A stretch of 63,272 nucleotides of DNA from the NCBI RefSeq assembly GCF_006345805.1, contig NW_021831874.1, forward strand, positions 1 through 63,272, given 5' to 3'. The DNA is from Octopus sinensis. Taxonomy: Eukaryota. The notes under the pieces were generated by a model that was given only the letters and a program-made list of their open reading frames with translations, ran no database searches and had not been told where the DNA came from. Made by a program: the position numbers and the translations under genes. This document shows, piece by piece, positions 51,685 to 63,272 of the stretch; positions within the stretch are counted from its first letter, which is position 1; each line of letters begins with the position of its first letter.

Positions 51685-53704
51685 CACACACATACACACG
51701 CGTATCAGAGTGCCCGCTTGAGAGTGCGTATGTGTGCGTGTGTTCGTGAGTAATTATTAGAAATAACAACAGAAATATTTATCACTTGGTCAAAGAACTT
51801 TTCGTTCTGGTTATTTTATGCAAGTTGGTGCTCATGTCAGTTAGTGACAGTATCAAACTGTCTGAAGTGTTTCTGGTGAGGGATGTAGTGGTTAATAGTA
51901 TGTTGTTGTTTAGCTTCAATTAGTGTCACCCCTGATTGAAGTAGACCCGTAAGGGAAAGTGTTCCTGAGGCACATTACGGATACAGTTTGAAGTGATCTT
52001 TTGATTAAACGGAGAGTGTGTTTTTAAATGTCGTTTTTTAGTTTATCGAACGAACGCGTAAAGTTTCTTTGTTATTGATAATGGGTGTTGGTGTTAGTGT
52101 TGTTATTTTTGTTGATGTAGCTGCTTAGAGCCGGGCCTGCTTTAGTGGAGCAGATCCATGATCAAAGACATTCTAGCTGTGAATATCTTATCCTTTTCCA
52201 ACGTGTAGGGCGCCCTAGAATCGATCGCGTCCAATCGGTCCTTTTATAGGATAGTGCGATATGATTTAAGGATGACTTGTAGGTTATTTCTATCAGGCCG
52301 AATAACAACGTTCATTAGCTCACTTTCGGTTCTGGTAAGTGTTGTTAACAGTTTATGGAGGTGTGCTGAACAAGATTGGCGGCACGGTCGCAGAGTTATA
52401 TTGAAAGGCTTTGATCAGAAGTAGTACCAAACTTCCTGAAGCCGGACAGCAAAACTGTAGGGGTAGGCAGGGGTAGTAACAAAGTATGTAACTTAACGTT
52501 GTATTCTCTCAGCGTTGGAAAAGCTCTTATGAACATCCCGCTATTGAGTGCAAATCTGCTCAGATAATTTCATCTGAGAAGTGGATTTGCTAAGTGTACT
52601 AGTCTGGTAATGGCGTAAACACGTCGGGTCATCTAAATTGTATCTACATATGATTAGCACCGAACATAGAAGTTGTGGAGGGTATTCACAATGTTAACCA
52701 TTCAGTTATACACACCAACAGTTTGTGATCTATAGAGTCGACCTAAATAGAATACACAGACAGGAATCATGTTTTTTAAAACTAAATGAGTCGCTCCTGG
52801 TACGAAAGCCTAGATCAACGGGTTGATGACAGCCTAACGAGTTGAGTCGATAAAAAACTAATGATAGAGAAAAGCATATTAGAGGCAGAACTAACGAATA
52901 CATTGGAGAATATGAATTCTTTCAATCCTTCGTGGAAACTTCATATCCACTATAAATGTTTAAATAGACAATGCATGTCTGTTACTAAGGCTTTAAAATA
53001 AACTGGTTGAATGAATTAGCATATATATATATTGTTATATTTTTACCACGCAAATACATAATACACATGCTTGTATATTGTGCTTGTATATAATATATAT
53101 GTAATGTATGCATCTTTGTTTATTTGGCCTACTTAATGTATGAGTATCGTTGAAAAGTTAGAAGCTGCAGTAGTCTGGAGAGTGATCCCTTTATAGAAAT
53201 AGTGCGTAAAAAGACAATATACTTCGAAGCAAGACGTAACGAAATGGTTTCGGAAGCAACCACAAGAGTGGTTTTTGCAGCTTGTTAATGACACACAATC
53301 GAATCATTTCTGAATAAATCAACTAGGCCAACTTAGTCAGTCTGAAATATATAGATCAAAGAACAATCAACCCTCTAATGAGGCCGCTTGGCTGAATAAA
53401 ATTCAAAATATGCAAAAAAGTAGTACTGTAACAAAATATTTATCAAGGCGTAGCATTGATACGCCGCACAAATGGCAAAATACGCTTCTGTCATTCACAT
53501 GGTCGCTTCCGGGATGATCCCGTTTCGTCTAGCTCTGAAATATATTGTGTATTTAACCACAACATCTATAAAAAGATCTTTCCAGAAACCACTTCTGAAG
53601 CCTCCGACTTTTCAACTATAAACATATGTTAAGTATGCCATATAGATAAAGATATAATTTTGAGTTGCTATTGCAGAATTTAAGTTTATATATATGTATG
53701 TGCG

Positions 53705-53735
<31 letters not shown>

Positions 53736-53809
53736 TGTGTGTGTGTGTGCGTGTGTGTATGTGTGTGCGTGTGTGTGTGTATAATATACATGGCAGCATA
53801 TTGTGCATG

Positions 53810-53848
<39 letters not shown>

Positions 53849-54195
53849 GCAAATGAAAACATAATTTATTAACATAAACTCACATAAATGCATAGAACAA
53901 AGCGTATTAGAAGTGACAATGTGACAGTGTCAAGGTAAAATTGCAGGTGACGTCACACAAATAAATAATTAAATGCTAACTGCTTGCAGTCAGATGTAGT
54001 ACAGACACCGGTGTATAAACAGGTATGAAAAACACATTCATAGGCGAAATGACCCAGACAGATCACACGTGAACATACAGGGACAATTCATGTACTCACA
54101 CACGTACACACAAACACAAACACAAGTGCACTAATTTAAACACAGGCACATACTCTCGCACACACGCACAGATGTCTATTCTCAGTGTGTATAGA

Positions 54196-54264
<69 letters not shown>

Positions 54265-54639
54265 CACGCACACACACATATATATAACGAATTATGCATA
54301 CCAATTTAACTGAATGATTTCTCAATGCTCTACTGCAGAGATACACATGTATTTAGTTCGATATAACTGTCAAAATTTTCTCTACTAAGGTTTAAATATA
54401 TATTGATTAAAAGTATTATTTGAAGTTATTATTTTGGAACATTGTTTAAACATTAATGCAGTTTCATGACTTCGTTTGTAATAGAAGTTTAAAATAATAT
54501 TACCACGGGAACCAGAAAAGAAAATCAAAATCAGATGCAGCCGTTTTCACATGTGCCGTTCAGAAAGGATTTTGAACGGAAGAATATGAAGATAAGCGTA
54601 TTTTTTTAACGATTTCATTTTATATATACATATATACGT

Positions 54640-55070
<431 letters not shown>

Positions 55071-55074
55071 TGTC

Positions 55075-55500
55075 TCGCCCCATACAAAACAAAACATCTT
55101 GAAAATTGAGTCACTCCAGTGGTCATTCCCTAAAAGAATTAAGGACATGACTGATATCGATTACTGAGACAGCCTTAAATCATTGGAACACTATTCTCTC
55201 CAGCGCCGCCATGAGCGATACATTATTTGCACATTGTGGAGAATATACCACCGGCGTTGCCCAAACGATTTCAACATTAGCTTCAAAATTCACCTAGGAC
55301 TAGGACCACGTTGCCTATCCAATTCAAGGTCCCAACACGTAAATACACTGCAACACAATTTATTTTCCTCGACAGTCCCTGCCTTATTTAACATTGTGCC
55401 GAAACAGATCAAAGAAGAAAAAGATTCCATTACTTTTAAACGGAACTTGAATAAATTTCTTCAAGGAATATCAAATAAGCCACTTTCGGCGAAACACATC
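55075..55500 (+). mobile_element. CR1-group LINE RT C-terminal fragment
   Basis: IESLQWSFPKRIKDMTDIDY*DSLKSLEHYSLQRRHERYII..ALFNIVPKQIK..FKRNLNKFL. Confidence 0.8.
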
Positions 55501-55581
55501 TAAGTTGTATATATACGTATATATCTATGTATATACATACATATATATACGTACATACATATAAATATTTACACACACATC

Positions 55582-55618
<37 letters not shown>

Positions 55619-55684
55619 ATAATATATATATAATATATATTATATATATACATATATATATATATATAATATATATACATATAT

Positions 55685-56029
55685 AAGTTTGAGTCATTGG
55701 TACTATGCAGTTGTGCCCTGTTTTAGCGCTATTGTATATATATATATATATATAGTAAAGCTAATAAAAAGGGCTAGCAACAGGCTGCTTCGCCGCATAC
55801 CGGAGGAATTAGAAATGGCAGTCAAAGACTGTTTTTTCCATTTTCTGTAAGTGGAGATTCCAAAAACGAAGAACCGTGCGGCTCACATACACAAAATCGG
55901 AGTAGCAAATAGACGCAAACAATCACTTACCGTTAATAGCGAACATGTTTCTGGATCACAAACTCAGAAAATAGTTTGATTTCCTTCTTCGGCACTATAT
56001 TCGATAGATTTACCAAATGCCACAGGCCC

Positions 56030-56101
<72 letters not shown>

Positions 56102-56228
56102 CATATATATAAATATATATACACATTTATATAAAATATATGTATGCATATATATACGTTATCTATATGTATATGTATACATCTATATATGTATATATGT
56201 ATATATGTATATATATAATATATATATA

Positions 56229-56274
<46 letters not shown>

Positions 56275-56399
56275 TACATATATACATATATAGATGATAC
56301 ATATACATACATATGCATATATAGATAAACGTATATATATGCATACATATATATTTATATAAATGTGTATATAATATATTTTATATATCTGTATATATA

Positions 56400-56456
<57 letters not shown>

Positions 56457-56799
56457 GGGCCTGTGGCATTTGGTAAATCTATCGAATATAGTGCCGAAGA
56501 AGGAAATCAAACTATTTCTGAGTTTGTGATCCAGAAACATGTTCGCTATAACGGTAAGTGATTGTTTGCGTCTATTTGCTACTCCGATTTTGTGTATGTG
56601 AGCCGCACGGTTCTTCGTTTTTGGAATCTCCACTTACAGAAAATGGAAAAAACAGTCTTTGACTGCCATTTCTAATTCCTCCGGTATGCGGCGAAGCAGC
56701 CTGTTGCTAGCCCTTTTTATTAGCTTTACTATATATATATATATATATACAATAGCGCTAAAACAGGGCACAACTGCATAGTACCAATGACTCAAACTT
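55685..56799. repeat. Near-perfect ~1.1 kb palindrome centred near 56240
   Basis: Arms 55685-56034 and 56452-56799 differ by two 1-bp indels. The TA-rich middle is also self-mirrored (acacatttatataaaatatat..gtatgcatatatatacgtt). Confidence 0.9.
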
Positions 56800-57120
56800 T
56801 GTCAGCAAAACAGAAGACAAGATATTGCAATAGACTGCATTTTAAAAGCCCACAGCTCTTCAGCATCTTCCCGAAGGAGCTGATAGATCTGCATGGGGTG
56901 GATGTAGATGTCTTCAGAGCAGAACTAGACGTTTTACAGTTAAGACTCCCAGACGAGCCAACTAAGCAGCGGGAAGTGCAAATGAGGGCAAAGCTGTCAA
57001 ACTCTCTCATACACCGCATGTCAAGTTTTAAAAATAATCAGTGAAGTAAAAATTGTGAAGTAAGACCAAATGATGGTGCTTCAGCATGTCCACAGCACGT
57101 GAGCTGAAACTAGTCCAGTT
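56750..57120 (+). mobile_element. CR1-group LINE 3' end
   Basis: AKTGHNCIVPM..RYCNRLHFKSPQLFSIFPKEL..RLPDEPTKQREVQMRAKLSNSL; tail ggtgcttcagcatgtccacagc..gagctgaaac. Confidence 0.8.
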
Positions 57121-57143
57121 CAATTCAATTCATATACGTATAT

Positions 57144-57178
<35 letters not shown>

Positions 57179-57294
57179 TATATAATATGCATATACATAT
57201 ATGTGTGTGATACATATAAATATATACATCTATACACATATATATATATATATATAGAAAAATACATACACATATATATTACACACATATATAC

Positions 57295-57325
<31 letters not shown>

Positions 57326-57522
57326 TATATATAATATTTATATATATGAATATACATATTTATGTATACACACGCACACGCACACACACTCACACATATA
57401 TATGTATATATATATATATATATAAGCAATAAACACATATGAGTATATTCACAGAAATATGCACACATGTTTGCACACGCACGCACACACGCACGCACAC
57501 ACACACACACACACACAAACAT

Positions 57523-59095
57523 AAACTGTGGCTATAGGGGTATAGCTACGTAAAACATATATTTTCTATTTACTACTGGAGATGTTTCCTTTATAAGGAC
57601 GTATACTCCTGTATTTGTCTGAGTGTTGGGTCTTTCGGGTGCTTGGATTTAAAATGCGGATAGAATCTACTAAGGTCATATTTGTGAAGATTCTGCCTCA
57701 CCAGGTCACAGAGGGAAAGACCACCTGCCGTCACGTCAGTCGTGTAGAAAAGCGCCACAGAGCACTGGAGGGGCTCGACCATACCCACCCAAGATTCTGG
57801 AACAACAATAAGGGGAAAAGAATGATTGCACATATGAACCACATAGTAAAGTATAACAGGAAATTATACATGCAGGTTCAAAGTGCTGCCATTGGTGTCG
57901 ATATAGATGGAGAAGTGCTGGCCTTTTCACGACCTGTTGGGACAGAAAATCGAAACAATCCGTAGCAGAACAGTCCACAACTCTTTTACTTTAATGTAGG
58001 TATGTAGACGACATTAATATTCTATTTAAGACCAACTCTAGTAACGGTAATGCAGAAACCGAGAGCAACATAATGGAAATCATCCAGCATGTAGCTAACT
58101 CTGTCCACCAAAGTATCAAGGTAACTCTAGATTACCCCACTAGGTACCCTAACAATAGACTCCCCGTCCTTAATACTGAATTTTCGTTAGAGACTGTTAA
58201 GAACAGAATGCAGTTCCTCCACTCCTATTCTACGAAACCCATAACTTCGAAATACGTTATCCACAAGAACCCAACTGTGTCACACAATATGAAAATTAAC
58301 ATACTGTTAGAAGACTTAGTTGGGGTAATGAACAACGTGTCCCCACCATGCAAACCCTATGAAACAAAGAGACATGCAATTCTCCGGATATGATCAGAAA
58401 GATAGGATTCGGGTATACAGGCGTGCTAGAAAGAAGTTAGATAGCATTATAAGTAATGAAAACAGTGTTGCCAGTCCTAGATTTAGTAGTAAAGACTGGA
58501 ATAGAATACAAACCGTTTGTGACAAAGTAAACAGGATGAGGACATGGTACAAGACCTACAAATATCAAGGAGTGTTTGTGGAGGTCACAGCCCATGCAAA
58601 TCAAAGCCCATAGATTTGAGAGAGATCCGAAGAAGGCCAAACTCAACATTAAGATAGTTTAAAAGCCAGTGAGATCCATCAGAACACAACTATGTAGAAC
58701 GTACCCTTTTGAGAAAACCACAGGCACCAATGATAATTGCATGGTATGTAGGATTAACCCTGCCATTAACTGGAGAACTAGAAATGTAGTCTACAGTATA
58801 AGGTGCATAGAAGGTGCGTGTAAAGACATGAACATGATATACATAGTTGAGAGCATTGCAGAAAGACTAAACAAACCTTTGAGACGATATGACGACAAAA
58901 AAACAGGTCTCCATACTCTACCAACATGCCAAAGATCAACCTGGTGGCAACCTGGGTCAACTTGACATCCGTATTTTATTCAAGCACCCGAAGGACGCAA
59001 CACCAAGACAAATACAGGAGTACATCCTCATAAATGAAACATCTCTAGTAGTAAATAGGAAAAATATGTAGTAGATAGCCATACCCCTATACCCA

Positions 59096-59101
<6 letters not shown>
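57523..59101 (+). mobile_element. Penelope-like element, 5'-truncated, with inverted copy of its own 3' end at 57523-57670
   Basis: RKLYMQVQSAAIG, CRYVDDIN, DYPTRYPNNRLPVL, FSGYDQKDR and GIY-YIG-like WRTRNVVYSIRC..IYIVES. The KHPKD..RQIQEY segment occurs on both strands. Confidence 0.8.
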
Positions 59102-59133
<32 letters not shown>

Positions 59134-59137
<4 letters not shown>

Positions 59138-59398
59138 AATTCAAACATGAACAAGCAAGAAAAAAACAACAACGCGAGGACGTGGAACAAGTACTGTAAT
59201 GTATGTGTGTGTATATATATGCAGTTAATCTTACAACCTCTTTTGTATCTACCCCTTTTGATGTTTGGGAATTCTCTGATGTTTTTTCGGCTGACGAGTA
59301 CGAGCCATCTGTATTCACTGCATTTTTTGTAGCTTATTAAAGATGTCCTCGTACGAAACGATCGTACCGAGATTTTAATCCATTCTTGTTGCTTTTTT

Positions 59399-59438
<40 letters not shown>

Positions 59439-59498
59439 ACAGTACTTGTTCCACGTCCACGCGTTGTTTTCTTTTGCTTGTTCATGTTTGAATTGACT
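59134..59498 (+). mobile_element. Hammerhead-bearing pLTR-like element bounded by ~62-bp inverted repeats
   Basis: Arms 59134-59197 and 59439-59498 (agtcaattcaaacatgaacaagcaa..cgcg.ggacgtggaacaagtactgt). Confidence 0.65.
59285..59372 (+). ncRNA. Type I hammerhead ribozyme, canonical core, extended stem II
   Basis: UUUCGG-CUGACGA-GUACGAG-c-CAUCU(30 nt)AGAUG-uc-CUCGUAC-GAA-AC(GAUC)GU-A-CCGAGA. All core nucleotides present; predicted cleavage after A59366. Confidence 0.85.
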
Positions 59499-59504
59499 AT
59501 ATAT

Positions 59505-60500
59505 AGTTATCCCCAAGCTAATATGGCAGTCCATAAATATAGGACTAAAGCTGCCGTTGATTTGCTCCAAGAGGCCATCACCTCTAGCTGGCTATATGAC
59601 AAACGAACCTATGTCCATTATAAACTTCGAACAGGGGAGGTCAGCCGCTTGTGTATCTGCGACGTGAGTTGGACGCAATATACATGTGGCTGAGGAAAAT
59701 AGCATGCTGTTAAATACAGGAAAATTCCAAGCCCTGCACTACCAACACAGTTCAATGGAAAGCAGATATGATCCACTCACCCAGGAGGGATTCCAATTTC
59801 CGAATCAATATCAGTGCGTGACCTGGGCATCGACATAAGTAAGGGTGCATCTTTCCAGGTGCACATTACAAAGTTGGCAATAAAATGCAGATGTCTTCAA
59901 ACTTTGAGAACAAGAGAAAAGGAGACAATGATGGTCCTCTAGAGGACTTTCGTTTTCAGCCGTTTGGATTACTGCTCCCAACTGTGGTCATCAAACAGTG
60001 TAAAATTAACGACGGAACTCGAGGCGATCCAGCAAAGCTACACGAAGAAAATCGACACAATGCGACATATCAGCTACTGGGAGAGACTGAAAGAGTCTAC
60101 TCCTTGGAAGGAAGGCGGGAAAGATATGCAGCAATATACATCTGGAAGATCCTAGAAAAGCTTGTTCCAGACTTTGGCGTTGTCACTTATACAAACAGTA
60201 AGACGGGTACTACTGCATGGTCCCAAGTGTCCTAACAATATCATTAGGATATAGGACCAAATGCTGCAACAATTTGGGATTCAAAGGTCCACAGCTCTTC
60301 AAAACCCTCTCACAACGCCTGAGAAACTTGCATGGCGTGGGTATCGGTTTCTTCAAAATAAAACTAGATCACAGATGAGGGTAGCAACATCGAACTTCCT
60401 CATTCACCAAATGTCACATATCAGAGGAGCTTTAGTGTAAGTATAGCAAAATAAATGGTGGTGCTCCAGCATGGCCGTAGTCCTTGGACCGAAAGTTAAA
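59505..60500 (+). mobile_element. CR1-group LINE RT/3' fragment
   Basis: WAEENSMLLNTGKFQAL, VRDLGI, RLDYCSQLWS..ELEAIQQSYTKKI..SYWERLK, YSLEGRRERYAAIYIWKILE; tail ggtgctccagcatggccgtag. Confidence 0.85.
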
Positions 60501-60556
60501 TATATATATATATATATATATATAGACCAGAAGAAAATTGAGGATACATATATATA

Positions 60557-60657
60557 TATAGACAAGAAGAAAATAGAGGACAAATAACAAACTTGGTTTA
60601 CTAGCGCAAAAGGCACATTCTGTTTGTTATTTGTCCTCCATTTTCTTCTCGTCTATA
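60557..60657. repeat. Hairpin with 36-bp arms (collapsed MITE-like)
   Basis: tatagacaagaagaaaatagaggacaaataacaaac mirrored with 2 mismatches; partial extra arm at ~60521-60545. Confidence 0.85.
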
Positions 60658-60815
60658 TGAATTAAACTACGAATTATAAAACTACATGAATTAAACTCGC
60701 TAAATTACCTGCTGCCGTATAACTTTTACCAAGGAATATATACACTGAGGTAATTACCAGAAGTGCCTTTGGATATATCCATCCCTTAGAGGCTTTGAAA
60801 CACCTCTAACTTATA

Positions 60816-60873
<58 letters not shown>

Positions 60874-61074
60874 CGAAACAAAGAGGAACAAACAAGATAA
60901 AACAATAACGCGAGAACGTGGTACAAGTACTGTATTATCAGACGCTCAGGAAGTATTTGTAACCAAGTATGTAAGTATAGACACACATATCTTTATACAC
61001 ATAAATACATACATACAGACACACACACACACAAGCACACATGTATATATCATGTATATATAGATATGTCCTTT

Positions 61075-61400
61075 ATCTTTTGCTTGTTTCAGTCATTAGA
61101 CTGCGGCCATGCTGGAGCACCACTATGAAGACTTTTAGTCGAACGAATCGAGCCCAGTATTTTTTCTGTCGGTATCCTTTGCCGAATCGCTCAGTTACGG
61201 GGACGTAAACACAAAAGCACCAATATTTATCCGGCGGTGGGGGAACAAACGCATACACAAGCACACTCGCACACGTACACACATATATTTATACACGTGA
61301 GTTTCTTACAGCTTTCGGATACTCAGAAGGCTTTGAGTGATCCAAAGAAGTGGTTGTGAAACAAACGTTTTTCTACGCAGCCAAGCCTACGCCTATTTAT
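61075..61400 (-). mobile_element. SINE family B, degenerate
   Basis: cttgtttcagtcattagactgcggccatgctggagcacc tail and body. Confidence 0.7.
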
Positions 61401-61619
61401 ATATGTGTATATATATATATATAAGTATGCATGTAAACATACATGCATAGACCATCCACAAAGACACTCACACATATATATGGATAAATATAGGAAAAGA
61501 TATCTATGTATCAAAATGTGCTGCCGGTTTCAATAGTTTAAAAAGACGGTTTACTTAGGCTGGAACAAATTTTAGAAATTATTACAATAAATTAAATTAA
61601 TCTTTCATGATATTTATTG

Positions 61620-62745
61620 TATGAGTTCACACGGTATTTCTTGGAGTCCTACCACATGAGCACAAGGGTTGCAAGCATAAGTGCAGGGGTACCAAAGATC
61701 AACTCCTGATAGACAAAACTGTACTTAGAGACAGCAAAAGGAGGAAAGATAACTGAGCCATGTCATGGATCGACTATCGTAAGGCGTACGATATGATCGC
61801 ACATTCTTGGATTATGGAATTATGAACCTGTTTGGTATTGCATCGAATGTTGAGCAACTGCTTGGAAAAAGTATGACGAATAGGAGGACGGACTTGACAG
61901 CATACGGAAGAAGTTTAGGGACAGTAGAAATCAGAAGGTGCATCTTCCAAGCGGACTGCCTGTCCTCACTGATCTTTGTACTGTGCTTGATATCAATAAC
62001 ATTGATTTTGAGGGAAGCAAAAGCTGGGTATATATTCAAAAGCCGCCAACAAAAAGTCAACCATTTGTTATTTATGGATGACCTCAAACTTTAAGGTAAA
62101 AATGAAGCCCAAGTCAGTTCCCTCGTTCATACTGTGTATACTTTCAAAGCGAAAGAAATGGAGTTCGGACTGAGAAAGTGTGATGTGTTACTCTTGAAGA
62201 GAGGTAAAATCAAATGTATGGACGGGCTAACGATACCGTCGGGAGAGGTTATAAAGCAGACGGGCATAAGTACTTGGGGATTTTGGAAATGGATAAATTG
62301 ATGGAGAAAGAAATGACAGAAAAAAAAAAAGTACTTTCACAGACTGAGACTGATACTTAAGTTGAAATTAAACAGACGGAATAAGATCGAAGCTATCAAC
62401 ACCTGGGCGGTTTCAATCTTTGCATATAGAGCAGTGGTAATCACATGGACAGTAGACAAACTAAACAGCTTAGACAGAAAGACAAAGAAGTTGCTATCTA
62501 CATATGGGCCACTCCACCCAAAAAGTGACACAGACAGACTGTATGCACCAAGAAAATGATGGGGAAGAGGACTTATTGGATGCGAACACAGCATTAGAGC
62601 AGAATAAAACACCATAGCATGGTATGTAAAGATGCCACAGAACCGCTATTATTACAGGTAAGAAGGCCAGGCTTGTGTAGGATGAAAGGTTGCAAAGATA
62701 ACGCACTTGCAAGAAACAGCACTGCTTAGAACCGCTCGAATACTG
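61620..62745 (+). mobile_element. R4/Dong-clade non-LTR retrotransposon RT remnant
   Basis: [78 protein letters not shown], and terminal ETALLRTARIL after an internal deletion. Confidence 0.85.
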
Positions 62746-63272
62746 TTGCTGTAAAGGTAGTGACTTCGCAAAATTTTTAGTGCGCCGGACAAAATGAATA
62801 GTAGAATTTCTTCCGGCTTCTTGTGTTTTTAGCTGAAATCTTGCAGAAATATTTGTTTTTCTGAAATTTAAGGTATATAATAAAATACTTTTTTCTAGTG
62901 GACAGGCAGAATTGTTGGAACATCGGACAAAAAAATCTCACTTCGTTTGCTCTGTTTAGCTTTGTATTTTTCAAATATACTCAACCCCAACATCACAGTG
63001 GCCTACATACGCTGGTAAATTATTTGTCGATGGTTAACATCATTATGCGACCACTTGCTGATTTTAGAAAATGTAAGCAGCAGGCAGTAGCATGCATTTT
63101 AACCCCACTCTACGATACTCAAAATGTTTGTCTCTTTCCCTAAGTGCAACATATCTTGGAGTGCAGTAAAAGTGACTGCCCTCTGAGGTTAGCACACCCG
63201 TACACTTCGGGCTACACCATTTGCATTAAGGACTGGTCTGCTGTCCTTCTCACTCATCACTCTTACAACCAC

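Noticed and set aside
53509-53535. cgggatgatcccg palindrome next to GAAA (minus strand)
   Set aside because: No U16.1 and no CUGANGA; not a hammerhead.

Overview
AT-rich, microsatellite-dense eukaryotic non-coding DNA. The repeat families and (TA)n/(TCTA)n load look like an octopus-type cephalopod genome; this is inferred from remembered repeat families, not a database search. I found no supportable host gene, rRNA, true tRNA or CRISPR array, and most supplied ORFs are microsatellite read-through. The window is a transposon graveyard containing: two Penelope-like elements (PLEs, 5.9-7.9 kb minus and 57.5-59.1 kb plus); many CR1-group LINE pieces; decayed L1/Tx1 and R4/Dong LINEs; a probable RTE 3' end with three C2H2 fingers; mariner, Tc1/maT and hAT remnants; an internally deleted Helitron with both ends; several MITEs/hairpins; and four or five tRNA-derived SINE families with swapped tails. 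The most notable signal is a set of type I hammerhead ribozyme (HHR) motifs folded by eye at seven loci, plus two half-motifs. They lie in PLE ends or small PLE-like terminal-repeat (pLTR) elements. One (59285-59372) has a fully canonical core, a long stem II insertion and a palindromic stem III. The others carry core substitutions (U4C, A6U, A9C, G12U) or weakened stems. A near-perfect 1.1 kb palindrome (55685-56799) is either a real fold-back or an assembly artefact.
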